Positions 9,659 through 19,436 of a DNA stretch of 64,000 nt are shown here, piece by piece (the stretch's first letter is position 1; each line of letters starts with the position of its first letter). The DNA is from Candidatus Sungiibacteriota bacterium (GTDB taxonomy: Bacteria > Patescibacteriota > Minisyncoccia > Sungbacterales > HO2-52-23). The notes beneath the pieces are model-generated. The model was not told where the DNA came from, did not search any database, and was given only the letters and a program-made list of their open reading frames with translations. Both the position numbers and the translations under genes were made by a program. The DNA lies in NCBI GenBank assembly GCA_016432465.1, contig CP066690.1, positions 590,823 to 654,822 of the forward strand, given 5' to 3'.

Positions 9659-10878
9659 TCGCGGCTTTAGATGTCGGCACCTCCACGGTTCAGACCGTAG
9701 TGGCCGAAAAGAAAAAAGGAGAAGAAACCCTCCGTATTTTAGGTATAGGAATGGTCCCATCAGTCGGCATCAGACGCGGGGTGGTGGTTGATCTTGAGGA
9801 TGCTGCCTCTTCCATCCGAAAATCCGTGGCCGAAGCCCAGCGGGCCGCTGGTGTTCCTGTCAGGTCGGTTTGGCTAAATGTGGGCGGCTCCCACATTTCT
9901 GTATCATCTTCACGCGGGGTGGTGGCAGTATCGCGGGCTGACGGCGAAATTTCTCCGGAAGATGTTAGACGGGCCATTGCCGCTGCGGAAACCTTTATCC
10001 CCAAAAATCCCAATAAAGAGATTTTGCATATGATTCCCCGTGATTTTAAAGTTGATCACGAAGCAGGGATTAAGGATCCGGTGGGCATGCATGGAGTGCG
10101 CTTGGAAGTGGACACTCTGATTATTGAATGTTCGGCCCCATTTTTAAAAAATCTTTTCAAATGTGTAGAAGGAGCGGGTCTGCGGGTAGAGGATTACGTG
10201 TTTTCACCCTTGGCCGCGGCTGACGCCGTTCTAACTAAAAGGCAGAAAGAGTTGGGGGTTATGCTTCTTGATTTGGGGGGCGGCACGGCAAGTTTTATGA
10301 TCTTTGAAGAAGGAGTGCCTATTCATGCCGGGGTGATTCCTATCGGAGGAAACCACATTACCAACGACGTTGCCATTGGTTTTAGAACACATGTAGACGT
10401 TGCAGAAAGAATTAAAACTACTCATGGATCTTGTTTGCCGTCAGAACTTCCCAAACGGGATACTATTCGTTTGGCCGAATTTATACCCGATGAAGCCGGT
10501 CAGTATTCACGCAAAGAACTCGCCGAAATAATAGAGGCCCGACTAAGAGACATTTTTGAACTCTTACAAAAAGAATTAAAAAAAGTTGACAGAGCCCAAC
10601 TTTTACCTGCCGGTATAGTTTTAGTTGGCGGTTCGGTCCTTATGCCGGGCATTGTGGAATTAACCAAACGGGAACTTAAACTACCGACAGAAATAGGGTG
10701 TCCCGAGGAGTTTCTAAATTCTATTGACGACAAGGTGGCGCCTGCTTTTGTTCCGGTTCTGGGTCTGGCTAAATGGGCAGGTACAAGGGTTGCGGAGTCT
10801 CGCTCTATTTTAGGAGGGCACAGATCGTCTGGCGGCGAGGGGACTTTTATCCGTTGGCTGCGGTCGCTTCTGCCCTAA
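9643..10878 (+). CDS. ftsA: Cell division protein FtsA
   Basis: LDVGTS, DLGGGT, GGNHITNDVA, EIIEAR, upstream of ftsZ. Confidence 0.97.
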   Translation: MARNLIAALDVGTSTVQTVVAEKKKGEETLRILGIGMVPSVGIRRGVVVDLEDAASSIRKSVAEAQRAAGVPVRSVWLNVGGSHISVSSSRGVVAVSRADGEISPEDVRRAIAAAETFIPKNPNKEILHMIPRDFKVDHEAGIKDPVGMHGVRLEVDTLIIECSAPFLKNLFKCVEGAGLRVEDYVFSPLAAADAVLTKRQKELGVMLLDLGGGTASFMIFEEGVPIHAGVIPIGGNHITNDVAIGFRTHVDVAERIKTTHGSCLPSELPKRDTIRLAEFIPDEAGQYSRKELAEIIEARLRDIFELLQKELKKVDRAQLLPAGIVLVGGSVLMPGIVELTKRELKLPTEIGCPEEFLNSIDDKVAPAFVPVLGLAKWAGTRVAESRSILGGHRSSGGEGTFIRWLRSLLP

Positions 10879-11020
10879 GATCCAAGCCTACCCGCGCACC
10901 AGAGGGCCATGGGCTTTACCCGTGGGTGAATGACCCTCGGTGCGGGGTTCCGCCCCACGCGCGAGCGTGGGAGGAACCCCGTAACACGGGGTGCCACGCG
11001 CTCTGCGCGTGGGGCTCCAC
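10879..11020. repeat. Cluster of nested hairpins resembling IS200/IS605 end remnants
   Basis: CCATGGGCTTTACCCGTGG, CCCACGCGCGAGCGTGGG and GCCACGCGCTCTGCGCGTGG hairpins. Outer GCACC..GGTGC stem. Confidence 0.6.
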
Positions 11021-11166
11021 AAATTTTTTGGCGCCTTCCTTCAAGTGCTACACTTTGTCCCATAGAATAAACTGTGGGTTTTTTGTGAATAACCGGTGGA
11101 GAGAAAAACTATTGCATTACCAGAGGCTACGTGCTACATATACCATTGCGAAAGAAGGTTATTATT

Positions 11167-12258
11167 ATGCCCCAGCTTAAACCAGACATTGAAACATACG
11201 CACGGATTAAGGTGGTGGGAATCGGCGGAGGCGGCGGCAAGGCAGTAACTCGCATGATTGACCATAAAATAAATGGGGTTGATTTTATTACTATAAATAC
11301 AGATGCGCAGGATCTTCATTTCACCAAGGCCCGCCAAAAAATTCATATAGGAAAAAATTTGACCAAAGGACTTGGCGCCGGTATGAATCCGGAGATCGGT
11401 AGACAGGCGGCAGAAGAAAATCGCGATGAAATTCACGAGGCGCTGAAGGGTGCGGACATGGTATTTTTAACTTGCGGTCTTGGCGGAGGTACGGGATCCG
11501 GTGCCTCTCCGATCATTGCTGAAGTTGCCAGAGATTCCGGGGCGCTTACCATTGGTGTTATTACCAAACCGTTTACTTTTGAGGGTGCACAGAGGGCTCG
11601 TATTGCGGAAGAGGCTTGGTTTCAGTTGAAAGACAGAGTGGACGCACTGATCACAATTCAAAATGATCGTTTACTCAACGTGATTACCAAGGATACATCC
11701 TTGTTGCAGGCTTTCACTATTTGCGACGACGTTTTAAGGCAGGCAGTTCAGGGCATCTCGGATTTAATTATTACTCCCGGCATAATCAATGTAGATTTTG
11801 CCGATGTTCGTGCCGTTATGCAAGATGCCGGTTCCGCCCTTATGGGTGTGGGAGTGGGAAGTGGCGAGGATCGAGCCGCGGCCGCGGCTAAAGCCGCCGT
11901 CAGCTCGCCGCTTCTTGATATTTCTGTTGATGGTGCGCGGGGCGTGCTATTTAACGTTTCTGGAGGACCGGATATGACGATGTACGAAATCAACGAGGCG
12001 GCCAAGGTGATTACGGAGTCAATTGATCGTGAGGCCAAGGTTATTTTCGGCGCGGTGCACGACGAGAGGTTAAAGAAGGGCGAATTAAAAATTACAGTGA
12101 TTGCTACCGGCTTTAATTCTACGGGGGGTACGCTTAAGTTGCCTTTAAACAGGGAAGAAAGGCAAGATCCTAAAAAGCAGAGTGATAAGGCAATTGTGGC
12201 TGGTGAGGAGTCCGAGTGGGATTCGGTGCCGGCTTTTCTGCGAAGGAAGGGTAAATAA
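11167..12258 (+). CDS. ftsZ: Cell division protein FtsZ
   Basis: GLGGGTGSG tubulin signature, NVDFADV, C-terminal VPAFLRR. Confidence 0.98.
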   Translation: MPQLKPDIETYARIKVVGIGGGGGKAVTRMIDHKINGVDFITINTDAQDLHFTKARQKIHIGKNLTKGLGAGMNPEIGRQAAEENRDEIHEALKGADMVFLTCGLGGGTGSGASPIIAEVARDSGALTIGVITKPFTFEGAQRARIAEEAWFQLKDRVDALITIQNDRLLNVITKDTSLLQAFTICDDVLRQAVQGISDLIITPGIINVDFADVRAVMQDAGSALMGVGVGSGEDRAAAAAKAAVSSPLLDISVDGARGVLFNVSGGPDMTMYEINEAAKVITESIDREAKVIFGAVHDERLKKGELKITVIATGFNSTGGTLKLPLNREERQDPKKQSDKAIVAGEESEWDSVPAFLRRKGK

Positions 12259-12403
12259 GAGCCTCTTACGTAGGTTTCAACGGCTTTGGCTAGGCCGTTT
12301 TTTGTTTCCTTTGTCAATATTTTATTATTTATCCACAGAAAAATTTTGATTGGTGCTTTTAAGATGATAATATGAAAATACACATTAAAATATTTAATAT
12401 TTT

Positions 12404-12596
12404 ACAAAAGTTCTCTTTCGCCCGGACGGCCTTGTCCCCCACCTATTTTGAACTAGCGCCAGCATAGATTAAACCTTCTATTGCCTGCGGCAGTGATCAG
12501 CCCGGGCTGGAAGTTTACTAATTTAGCAATTTACGACTTTGAGTTGTTCAAAATAGGTGGGGGATGAACCGAGGAGGGGTGAAAGAGAATTTTTGT
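12404..12596. repeat. Long inverted-repeat element upstream of nrdJ
   Basis: CCCCCACCTATTTTGAAC/GTTCAAAATAGGTGGGGG and outer TTCTCTTTCGCCCC/GGGGTGAAAGAGAA. Confidence 0.65.
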
Positions 12597-12608
12597 CTCA
12601 AAAATAAT

Positions 12609-15305
12609 ATGCCTAAAGCCATCGTGCATCGTGATATTGTTCAGGGTCGCATTCCAACCAAAAAAATTCCGCTCCGGCGTATCTTAACAAAAGAAGGCAC
12701 GCATCCTTTTGCCGAGGTTGAGTGGAAAAAAGTGACCATAACGGTGCGCGGCATAAATGGTCATGTTGAAGAACGGGAACTGGAGTTTCCGGCATTTTGG
12801 TCGGAGAATGCAACCGCCATTGCCGGCTCCAAATATTTTCGCGGCCGTATCGGTTCTCCGGAACGCGAGTCGTCCGCCCGGTCCATGGTTGCACGCGTTG
12901 CTCACACAATTCGGGAGTGGGGCATGCAGTTTGGATATTTTGACGAAGACCAAGAAGCCAACATATTTGAAGACGAACTAACTCATATTTTGTTGCATCA
13001 GAAAGCCGCGTTTAATTCTCCGGTATGGTTTAATGTCGGTGTAGAATCGCCTGCGCAGTGCTCTGCTTGTTTTATACTTTCCGTAGATGACAACATGGAG
13101 TCAATTCTCACCTGGATTTACAACGAAGGCATGATTTTCAAACGCGGCTCCGGAACCGGAGTGAATTTATCACCGTTGCGTTCGTGTCTGGAAACCCTTT
13201 CCAAGGGCGGACATTCTTCGGGCCCCGTTTCTTTCATGCGCGGAGCGGATGCGGTGGCAGGAATGATTGCCTCGGGCGGGTCAACAAGACGAGCCGCCAA
13301 AATGGTGGTTCTAAACATTGACCACCCGGACATAATGAGGTTTATACGCTGCAAGGCGGAAGAAGAAAAAAAGGCGCGAGCCCTGATACAGGCAGGCTAC
13401 AACATGTATGACTTAAATAACGAGGCTTGGCATTCTATCCAGTATCAAAATGCCAATAATTCGGTCCGGGTCACGGACGAATTTATGACTGCGGTGGAAA
13501 ATGACGAGAAGTTTGCCACGCGGCTGGTTCAAACAGGAAAAGTTGCGCAGGAGTACCGAGCGAGAGACCTTATGCAGCAGATCGCGCAGGCCGCATGGGA
13601 ATCTGGAGATCCGGGAATGCAATACGATACCACGATTAATAAATGGCACACTTGTCCTAACAGCGGAAGGATTAATGCCTCTAACCCCTGCGCCGAATAT
13701 ATGCACTTAGACGATTCTGCCTGTAACCTTGCCTCCATTAACGTTTTAAAATATTTGAATTCTGACGGTAGTTTTAATGTACATGATTTTATACATACAG
13801 TTGACGTTGTTATCTTGGCGCAAGATATTATTGTGGGCGCTTCAAGTTATCCGACGGAACGAATCACCAAAAACGCCCACAATTTTCGTCAGCTAGGTCT
13901 GGGGTACGCAAACCTTGGAGCGCTTCTGATGACTTGGGGTTTTCCTTATAGCTCCGACGAAGCGCGGCATAGCGCCGCGGCCATAACTGCACTTATGTGC
14001 GGAGAAGCGTATCGCTATTCGGCTGAGATTGCACGCCGTATGGGTCCCTATGCTGGTTACAAAATCAACAAGGAGTCGCAGATGAATGTGGTTGCCATGC
14101 ACCGCGAAGCCACGAGTCGTGTACGTGAGAGTAAGGTGGCGGATAGAAACATTTATACTGCCGCTAAAAGATCTTGGGACGAGGCCTTGGTTCTTGGAAA
14201 GAAATATGGAGTGCGCAATTCGCAAGTTACGGTCATTGCGCCGACCGGAACCATCGCTTTAATGATGGACTGCGCCACCACGGGGGTGGAGCCGGAATTT
14301 GCGCTGATAAAGACTAAAAATTTGGTAGGCGGCGGCACTATGAAATTTGTAAACACTGCGGTTCCGGAAGCTCTGAAGCGATTGGGGTACAGCGAGGAAG
14401 AAGTACGGGTCATTGTTGAGTATCTGGAGAAGCAGGGGACTATTGAGGGTGCGCCTAGTCTGAAAGAAGAACATCTGGCGGTTTTTGATTGTGCTGTCAA
14501 ACCAACTAACGGTAAAAGATCAATTCCTTGGCAGGGACATGTGAAGATGGTTGCGGCAGTCCAGCCCTTTATTTCCGGCGCGATTTCCAAAACATTTAAT
14601 ATGCCCAACGAAACCACTGCTGAAGAAATCATGCAGGCCTATATTATGGGTTGGAAACTGGGGCTTAAGGCCTTTGCAGTGTATCGCGATGGTTCCAAGG
14701 CGGCCCAACCGTTGATTACCTCAACTTCCGGCGCAAGCAAGAAGCTGGTAAAACCAGTACGTCGTAGGCTTCCCGCAACTCGTCCTTCCGAAACTCACAA
14801 GTTTTCCATTGCCGGACACGAGGGTTACCTGACCTATAGCACTTATGAAAATGGCGACTTGGCAGAAATTTTTATCCGGATGTCAAAACAGGGATCTACC
14901 TTGGCCGGGCTTCTGGACTCTTTTGCTATTTCAATTTCCATTGCGCTTCAGCACGGAGTGCCGCTGAAAACTCTCGCGCGGAAATTTGTGTACGGAAGGT
15001 TTGAGCCGGCAGGATACACGGAAAATCCGGCTATTCAGGTTGCCACCTCCATCACTGATTACATTTTCAGGTACCTTGCGCTCCGCTTTCTTGGACAAGA
15101 TGATCTGGATGAGTTGGGAGTTAAGGCGCCGCCCAAAGAAATGGAAGCTATGACCAAGCAAGTGATTGGCGCCCAGAAGGCCCTGCCCGAGGAAAAAACC
15201 GTGGTCTATGCAGACAGCATGTGTCGCGAATGCGGCGGTATGATGATTCAGACCGGATCCTGCAAAACCTGTTTTCAATGCGGGGCGACTTCAGGGGGAT
15301 GTTAA
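12609..15305 (+). CDS. nrdJ: Class II (adenosylcobalamin-dependent) ribonucleotide reductase with TSCPD domain and Zn ribbon
   Basis: QCSACF, SNPCAEY, ACNLAS, IAPTGTI, C-terminal CRECG..CFQCG. Confidence 0.95.
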   Translation: MPKAIVHRDIVQGRIPTKKIPLRRILTKEGTHPFAEVEWKKVTITVRGINGHVEERELEFPAFWSENATAIAGSKYFRGRIGSPERESSARSMVARVAHTIREWGMQFGYFDEDQEANIFEDELTHILLHQKAAFNSPVWFNVGVESPAQCSACFILSVDDNMESILTWIYNEGMIFKRGSGTGVNLSPLRSCLETLSKGGHSSGPVSFMRGADAVAGMIASGGSTRRAAKMVVLNIDHPDIMRFIRCKAEEEKKARALIQAGYNMYDLNNEAWHSIQYQNANNSVRVTDEFMTAVENDEKFATRLVQTGKVAQEYRARDLMQQIAQAAWESGDPGMQYDTTINKWHTCPNSGRINASNPCAEYMHLDDSACNLASINVLKYLNSDGSFNVHDFIHTVDVVILAQDIIVGASSYPTERITKNAHNFRQLGLGYANLGALLMTWGFPYSSDEARHSAAAITALMCGEAYRYSAEIARRMGPYAGYKINKESQMNVVAMHREATSRVRESKVADRNIYTAAKRSWDEALVLGKKYGVRNSQVTVIAPTGTIALMMDCATTGVEPEFALIKTKNLVGGGTMKFVNTAVPEALKRLGYSEEEVRVIVEYLEKQGTIEGAPSLKEEHLAVFDCAVKPTNGKRSIPWQGHVKMVAAVQPFISGAISKTFNMPNETTAEEIMQAYIMGWKLGLKAFAVYRDGSKAAQPLITSTSGASKKLVKPVRRRLPATRPSETHKFSIAGHEGYLTYSTYENGDLAEIFIRMSKQGSTLAGLLDSFAISISIALQHGVPLKTLARKFVYGRFEPAGYTENPAIQVATSITDYIFRYLALRFLGQDDLDELGVKAPPKEMEAMTKQVIGAQKALPEEKTVVYADSMCRECGGMMIQTGSCKTCFQCGATSGGC

Positions 15306-15314
15306 TTTCGCTTC

Positions 15315-15440
15315 GGAAATATGCTTTGAAAAACTTCGCGCCGCCCCACCGAGGCGGCGCTCATCACGGGTCGGCCTCGCTCGCTCACTTCGTTCGCACC
15401 GTGGCCGCTCGTCCTCCCAGTGTTTTCAAAACATATTTCC
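15315..15440 (+). repeat. Structured repeat family A copy 1
   Basis: Closing stem GGAAATATG(C)TTTGAAAA/TTTTCAAAACATATTTCC. Shares GTCGGCC and CGTCCTCCCA.TGTTT.CAAAA with the copies at 27947 and 34160. Confidence 0.65.
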
Positions 15441-15617
15441 TCGCTTTACAGTTTTTCCCCACTGTCTCGAAAACGCACAGGCTCGTTTTATAAACCCAAA
15501 TGTTCAAACTTTAAATATTGAAATTTTGCAGCGATCCTTGTTTTTGGATTTGTTTTTTTAAAAAAGAAAACCGGCGAAAGGGATAGAACCCTTGATGCCG
15601 GTTCAATTGTTCAGGAT

Positions 15618-15806
15618 CTATTCCTTTATGAGGATTCCTAGGCCTATAACCATACATGCAACCCCTCCCAATGCAGTTGTAAACATGTAGTCTCTCGCCC
15701 ACCAGAAGAGGCTTAGGAAGACTTTATCTCCTGCAGCAAATCCAAACGGCGCTAGAACAAACGCGACCCCGATGCCCAACAATAACGTGACTAGTATCTT
15801 TCTCAT
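15618..15806 (-). CDS. Small hypothetical membrane protein
   Basis: Two hydrophobic segments, SD-like AGGGGG. Confidence 0.55.
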   Translation of the reverse strand: MRKILVTLLLGIGVAFVLAPFGFAAGDKVFLSLFWWARDYMFTTALGGVACMVIGLGILIKE

Positions 15807-15868
15807 ACAGACCCCCTTGGCTCTATGGTTCTATTTATATATTACCATAGATTTAAGTTAAAAGTCAA

Positions 15869-16390
15869 ATGCTCTACATATTCACAGGTAACGGCAAGGG
15901 CAAGACAACGGCGGCTCTCGGACAAGCCATGCGAGCGGTTGGTGAAGGAAAACGAGTACTGATGGTTCAATTTATCAAGGGCCCCTGGAAATCAGGGGAG
16001 GATTTTTTAGCTAAGGGGCTTGAGCCCCATTTTAAGTTGGTGAAGATGGGCAAAGGGTTTGTCGGAATTATGGGTGATAAACTTCCGCGCGAAGAGCATG
16101 AGAAAGCGGCCGAGGAGGCGCTTGAGTATGCGCGAAAAGAAATAGAATCCGGCAACTGGGACATTGTAGTTTTGGATGAAATAAATAATGCAGTTTCACT
16201 AAATTTAATTTCCAAAGAAAAAGTTTTAGAACTCCTACAAGCTATAAGCTATAAGCTACAAGCTATAATTCTAACCGGCCGTGATGCCCCTAAAGAATTT
16301 ATTGATAGAGCCGACCTTGTTACCGAGATGAGGGATATTAAACATCCATACCACAAGGGGGTTAAAGGAAAACGAGGACTTGAGTATTAG
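15869..16390 (+). CDS. cobO: Cob(I)alamin adenosyltransferase (CobA/CobO/BtuR)
   Basis: TGNGKGKTTAALG, QFIKG, LDEI, LTGRDAP, ADLVTEM..KHP. Confidence 0.95.
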   Translation: MLYIFTGNGKGKTTAALGQAMRAVGEGKRVLMVQFIKGPWKSGEDFLAKGLEPHFKLVKMGKGFVGIMGDKLPREEHEKAAEEALEYARKEIESGNWDIVVLDEINNAVSLNLISKEKVLELLQAISYKLQAIILTGRDAPKEFIDRADLVTEMRDIKHPYHKGVKGKRGLEY

Positions 16391-16419
16391 TTGACAGGAT
16401 TTATTGAAGGTAATATAAT
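16391..16419 (+). promoter_or_regulatory. Consensus sigma70 promoter
   Basis: TTGACA-17-TATAAT. Confidence 0.8.
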
Positions 16420-16449
16420 ATATTGCAGTTCTGTACCCTTTAATGGAGA

Positions 16450-16950
16450 TTGGTTATGGCGTGTCACGTAGAGCTCCATGAGGACCTTCCTGCGCCGTTA
16501 TGTTTTGCAAGGCTTGCCAGCAGTGTTCTTTCCGTCCTTCGTGATCTTCCCGAACGTAGATTTGACCTAAAATGGAGCGAGATCCTGACTCTTCAAGCTG
16601 GACAGGAATTTCTTGAGATGGTTTTTGAATATATGTCAGGGAGACGACAGTTGTTTCATGAGCCTCAAGAGGAGCGAGATCGCATTTTATTAGCACATAG
16701 GCTGGTGCTAAAAACACTTGGTGCTAAGGAAGGAGACTCAGCAGACTGTGGTGAATGTGAACGAGCCACCGTTAACTACATAGACGTACTCGTCTCTTAC
16801 TCTCTGCGCCTATATGTTGCTGAGGTGAGAATCATCAGAGAAATGGAGGGTTTTTTCTGGCATGTTAGACAGTTGGCATTAGAAGAGGTGAGTAAAGATA
16901 AAGTAATTGAGCGTGTGCAGATGGAATCGTCAGGCCAGCACCACTGTTAG
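16450..16950 (+). CDS. Hypothetical protein
   Basis: ORF with promoter, GGAG SD and downstream terminator. Start may be ATG 16456. Confidence 0.65.
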   Translation: MVMACHVELHEDLPAPLCFARLASSVLSVLRDLPERRFDLKWSEILTLQAGQEFLEMVFEYMSGRRQLFHEPQEERDRILLAHRLVLKTLGAKEGDSADCGECERATVNYIDVLVSYSLRLYVAEVRIIREMEGFFWHVRQLALEEVSKDKVIERVQMESSGQHHC

Positions 16951-17003
16951 CCGTTCGGCATCAGCCGGCGGTTTTTAAATTATTGTCCGGAACCCCAACC
17001 CCT

Positions 17004-17059
17004 AAAATTTTATCTTAACACTTTTTGACGATCGTCAAAAAGTGTTAAGATAAAATTTT
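17004..17059. repeat. 56-bp perfect palindrome
   Basis: AAAATTTTATCTTAACACTTTTTGACGA|TCGTCAAAAAGTGTTAAGATAAAATTTT. Confidence 0.9.
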
Positions 17060-17095
17060 GGTTGAAAGATCTGCCCAATTTGTTAAGGTGCCACC

Positions 17096-18592
17096 ATGAC
17101 CAAATCCCGTATTTTTCTATTTTTGCTGCTGGCGTTCGTTGCGGGGGTTGCCGTCCGATCATTTATTTCCGTTTCAGTTTTTATGATCTGGTTTGGTATA
17201 CTGTTGGCGGTAGTCGTCGTTATTTTGGGAATTTTTAAAAAACAAAAAGCCGCAACCCTGTACGGCTTTTTGTTTTTGGCGTTTCTTGCCGGAATTTTTA
17301 GGTTTATGGCGGCTGAACATTCCCCGCCGGATCTTACGGCTCTTTACGGCAATCCGATAACAATACAAGGAATCGTAGTTGAGGAGCCGGAGCAGAAAGA
17401 AACCACTCAGCATCTGAAAGTTAAGATAGGGTCGTTTGCGCCGAATTTTTATACTCTAGCAACTACCCGAAAATATCCGGAGTACAAAATGGGGGATGAG
17501 CTGAAAATTGCCGGTCTGTTGCAGAAACCAGAGAATTATGACGACTTTGATTATATATCTTATCTTGCCAAAGAAGATATTTATAGCACCATGTCGTTTC
17601 CCCTTATAGAAAAAGTTGGAGAAAGGCGCGGCAACAAATTAAGAATTTCTCTCTCCGAAATTAAAAAATCGTTTGAGGAGAAAATTGATCGGGTGCTACC
17701 CGAACCGCACGCCTCGTTTTTAAAAGGACTTTTGTTGGGAGAACGCGGGTCTTTGCCCAAAGATTTGGTGGAAAATTTTAATCGCACCGGCACTACACAT
17801 ATTGTTGCACTCTCCGGCTACAACATTACTCTGGTGGGCAGGTTTTTTGTTAACCTGCTCTTGTTTCTTACGATTCCTTTCCAGATTTCTTTTTGGGTTG
17901 CTTCAGTTGCCATAATGCTTTTTGTAATTCTTACCGGTGCTTCCCCCAGTGTCGTGCGGGCGGGGATTATGGGAATTTTGGTACTGGTTGCCAACCGTGA
18001 AGGTAGGTCCTATCACATGACTAATGCCCTTGTTTTGGCCGGCGCCGTGATGATTTTTCAAAATCCCAAAATTTTGCGTTTTGACACCGCATTTCAGTTG
18101 TCTTTTCTTGCAACCATCGGATTAGTTTACCTTTCGCCATATGTTGAAAACTATATTGATCGCATACGTTTCAGATTAAGTCAGGCGCGCGCCAGATTTA
18201 TTTTGGAACGTAAAAAGAGCTTCAAGAGTAAACAGATTCTTACAGAGACCCTCTCGGCACAGCTTATGGTACTACCTTTATTAATTTATCTTTTCGGCCG
18301 GGTATCATTTATAAGTCCCATAACTAATGTTTTGATTCTACTCGCGGTTCCTTACTCCATGGCCGTGGGTTTTGCGGCCGGCGCGCTGGGATTTTTGTGG
18401 GAGCCGTTGAGCCTGGTCGCGGGTTATGCGGTATGGTTTTTGCTTGAGTATAAAATTCGCACCATAGAACTTTTTGGATCTCTGCCCTATGCTTCACTAC
18501 AGCTGGGAGAGTGGTTTTTGGTGCCGTTGGTGCTTGGTTACGGCTATGTGGCTTTTAGGCTATGGAAAAAAGCAGCAAAAACGCAAAATTAA
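17096..18592 (+). CDS. comEC: ComEC/Rec2 competence protein, membrane part
   Basis: GLLLGE, HIVALSGYN, SPSVVRAGIM, FQLSFLA. Confidence 0.93.
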   Translation: MTKSRIFLFLLLAFVAGVAVRSFISVSVFMIWFGILLAVVVVILGIFKKQKAATLYGFLFLAFLAGIFRFMAAEHSPPDLTALYGNPITIQGIVVEEPEQKETTQHLKVKIGSFAPNFYTLATTRKYPEYKMGDELKIAGLLQKPENYDDFDYISYLAKEDIYSTMSFPLIEKVGERRGNKLRISLSEIKKSFEEKIDRVLPEPHASFLKGLLLGERGSLPKDLVENFNRTGTTHIVALSGYNITLVGRFFVNLLLFLTIPFQISFWVASVAIMLFVILTGASPSVVRAGIMGILVLVANREGRSYHMTNALVLAGAVMIFQNPKILRFDTAFQLSFLATIGLVYLSPYVENYIDRIRFRLSQARARFILERKKSFKSKQILTETLSAQLMVLPLLIYLFGRVSFISPITNVLILLAVPYSMAVGFAAGALGFLWEPLSLVAGYAVWFLLEYKIRTIELFGSLPYASLQLGEWFLVPLVLGYGYVAFRLWKKAAKTQN

Positions 18593-19422
18593 TATCGTTA
18601 ATAATTCTTGCTACAGTTTCGGTCACGATTTGGTATGCGGTTTTTTACTTTGAAGCGCGCCAAAACCTTATCGTGAACTTTTTTGATGTGGGACAGGGTG
18701 ATGCGATTTTTATAGAGGTTCCTGACGGAAATCAGATTTTAATAGACGGGGGACCAAACGACAAAATCCTTTCCAGGCTTGGCGGTGTTATGCCTTTTTG
18801 GGACCGCGATATTGATCTTCTGGTTTTAACCCACCCGCACGCCGACCACCTAGACGGACTTTTAGAAGTTTTGAAACGTTACAACATAGGTCAGGTGCTG
18901 GAGTCGGGGGCAGAACACTCAATTCCTGAATATCAAGAGTGGCGCGATCTTTTGAGAACAAAAAACGTCCCCGTATTTGTGGCCCAACGCGGGCAAAAAG
19001 TTAAGGCCGGCGGAGCAGTTTTTGTCGTCCTTGCCCCGTTTGAAAATTACGGCGGCAAAACCCTAAAAAATATTCATGACGCCACAGTTATTTTAAAAAT
19101 GAATTACGGTTCAACCACGGCCCTTTTTACGGGAGACGCCGAGAAGCAGCTTGAATATAGACTGTTGTGGAGTAACTCGGATATAAAATCAGATATTCTT
19201 AAGGTTGGTCACCATGGTTCTAAAACTTCAACTTCGGAAGAATTTTTAAAAGCAGTGTCACCGAAATTTGCCGTAGTACAAGTTGGCCGCAAAAATCGTT
19301 ACGGCCATCCGGCGCAGGAGGTACTGGATCGTATAGCCGGCGCGGGCGTAGCCCTTTTTAGGGTTGACCTTGATCGTGATACTGAATTTGTCAGTAATGG
19401 TTTACAGTTTTGGCAAAAATAG
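18562..19422 (+). CDS. ComEC-type metallo-beta-lactamase domain protein (split ComEC)
   Basis: DVGQGD, THPHADHLDG, FTGDAE, HHGSKTS, NRYGHP. Confidence 0.92.
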   Translation: MEKSSKNAKLISLIILATVSVTIWYAVFYFEARQNLIVNFFDVGQGDAIFIEVPDGNQILIDGGPNDKILSRLGGVMPFWDRDIDLLVLTHPHADHLDGLLEVLKRYNIGQVLESGAEHSIPEYQEWRDLLRTKNVPVFVAQRGQKVKAGGAVFVVLAPFENYGGKTLKNIHDATVILKMNYGSTTALFTGDAEKQLEYRLLWSNSDIKSDILKVGHHGSKTSTSEEFLKAVSPKFAVVQVGRKNRYGHPAQEVLDRIAGAGVALFRVDLDRDTEFVSNGLQFWQK

Positions 19423-19436
19423 TTAGGATAGAAATC

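Noticed and set aside
12404-12608. Cobalamin riboswitch before nrdJ
   Set aside because: No B12-box or GCCACTG/GGGAAG consensus is seen.
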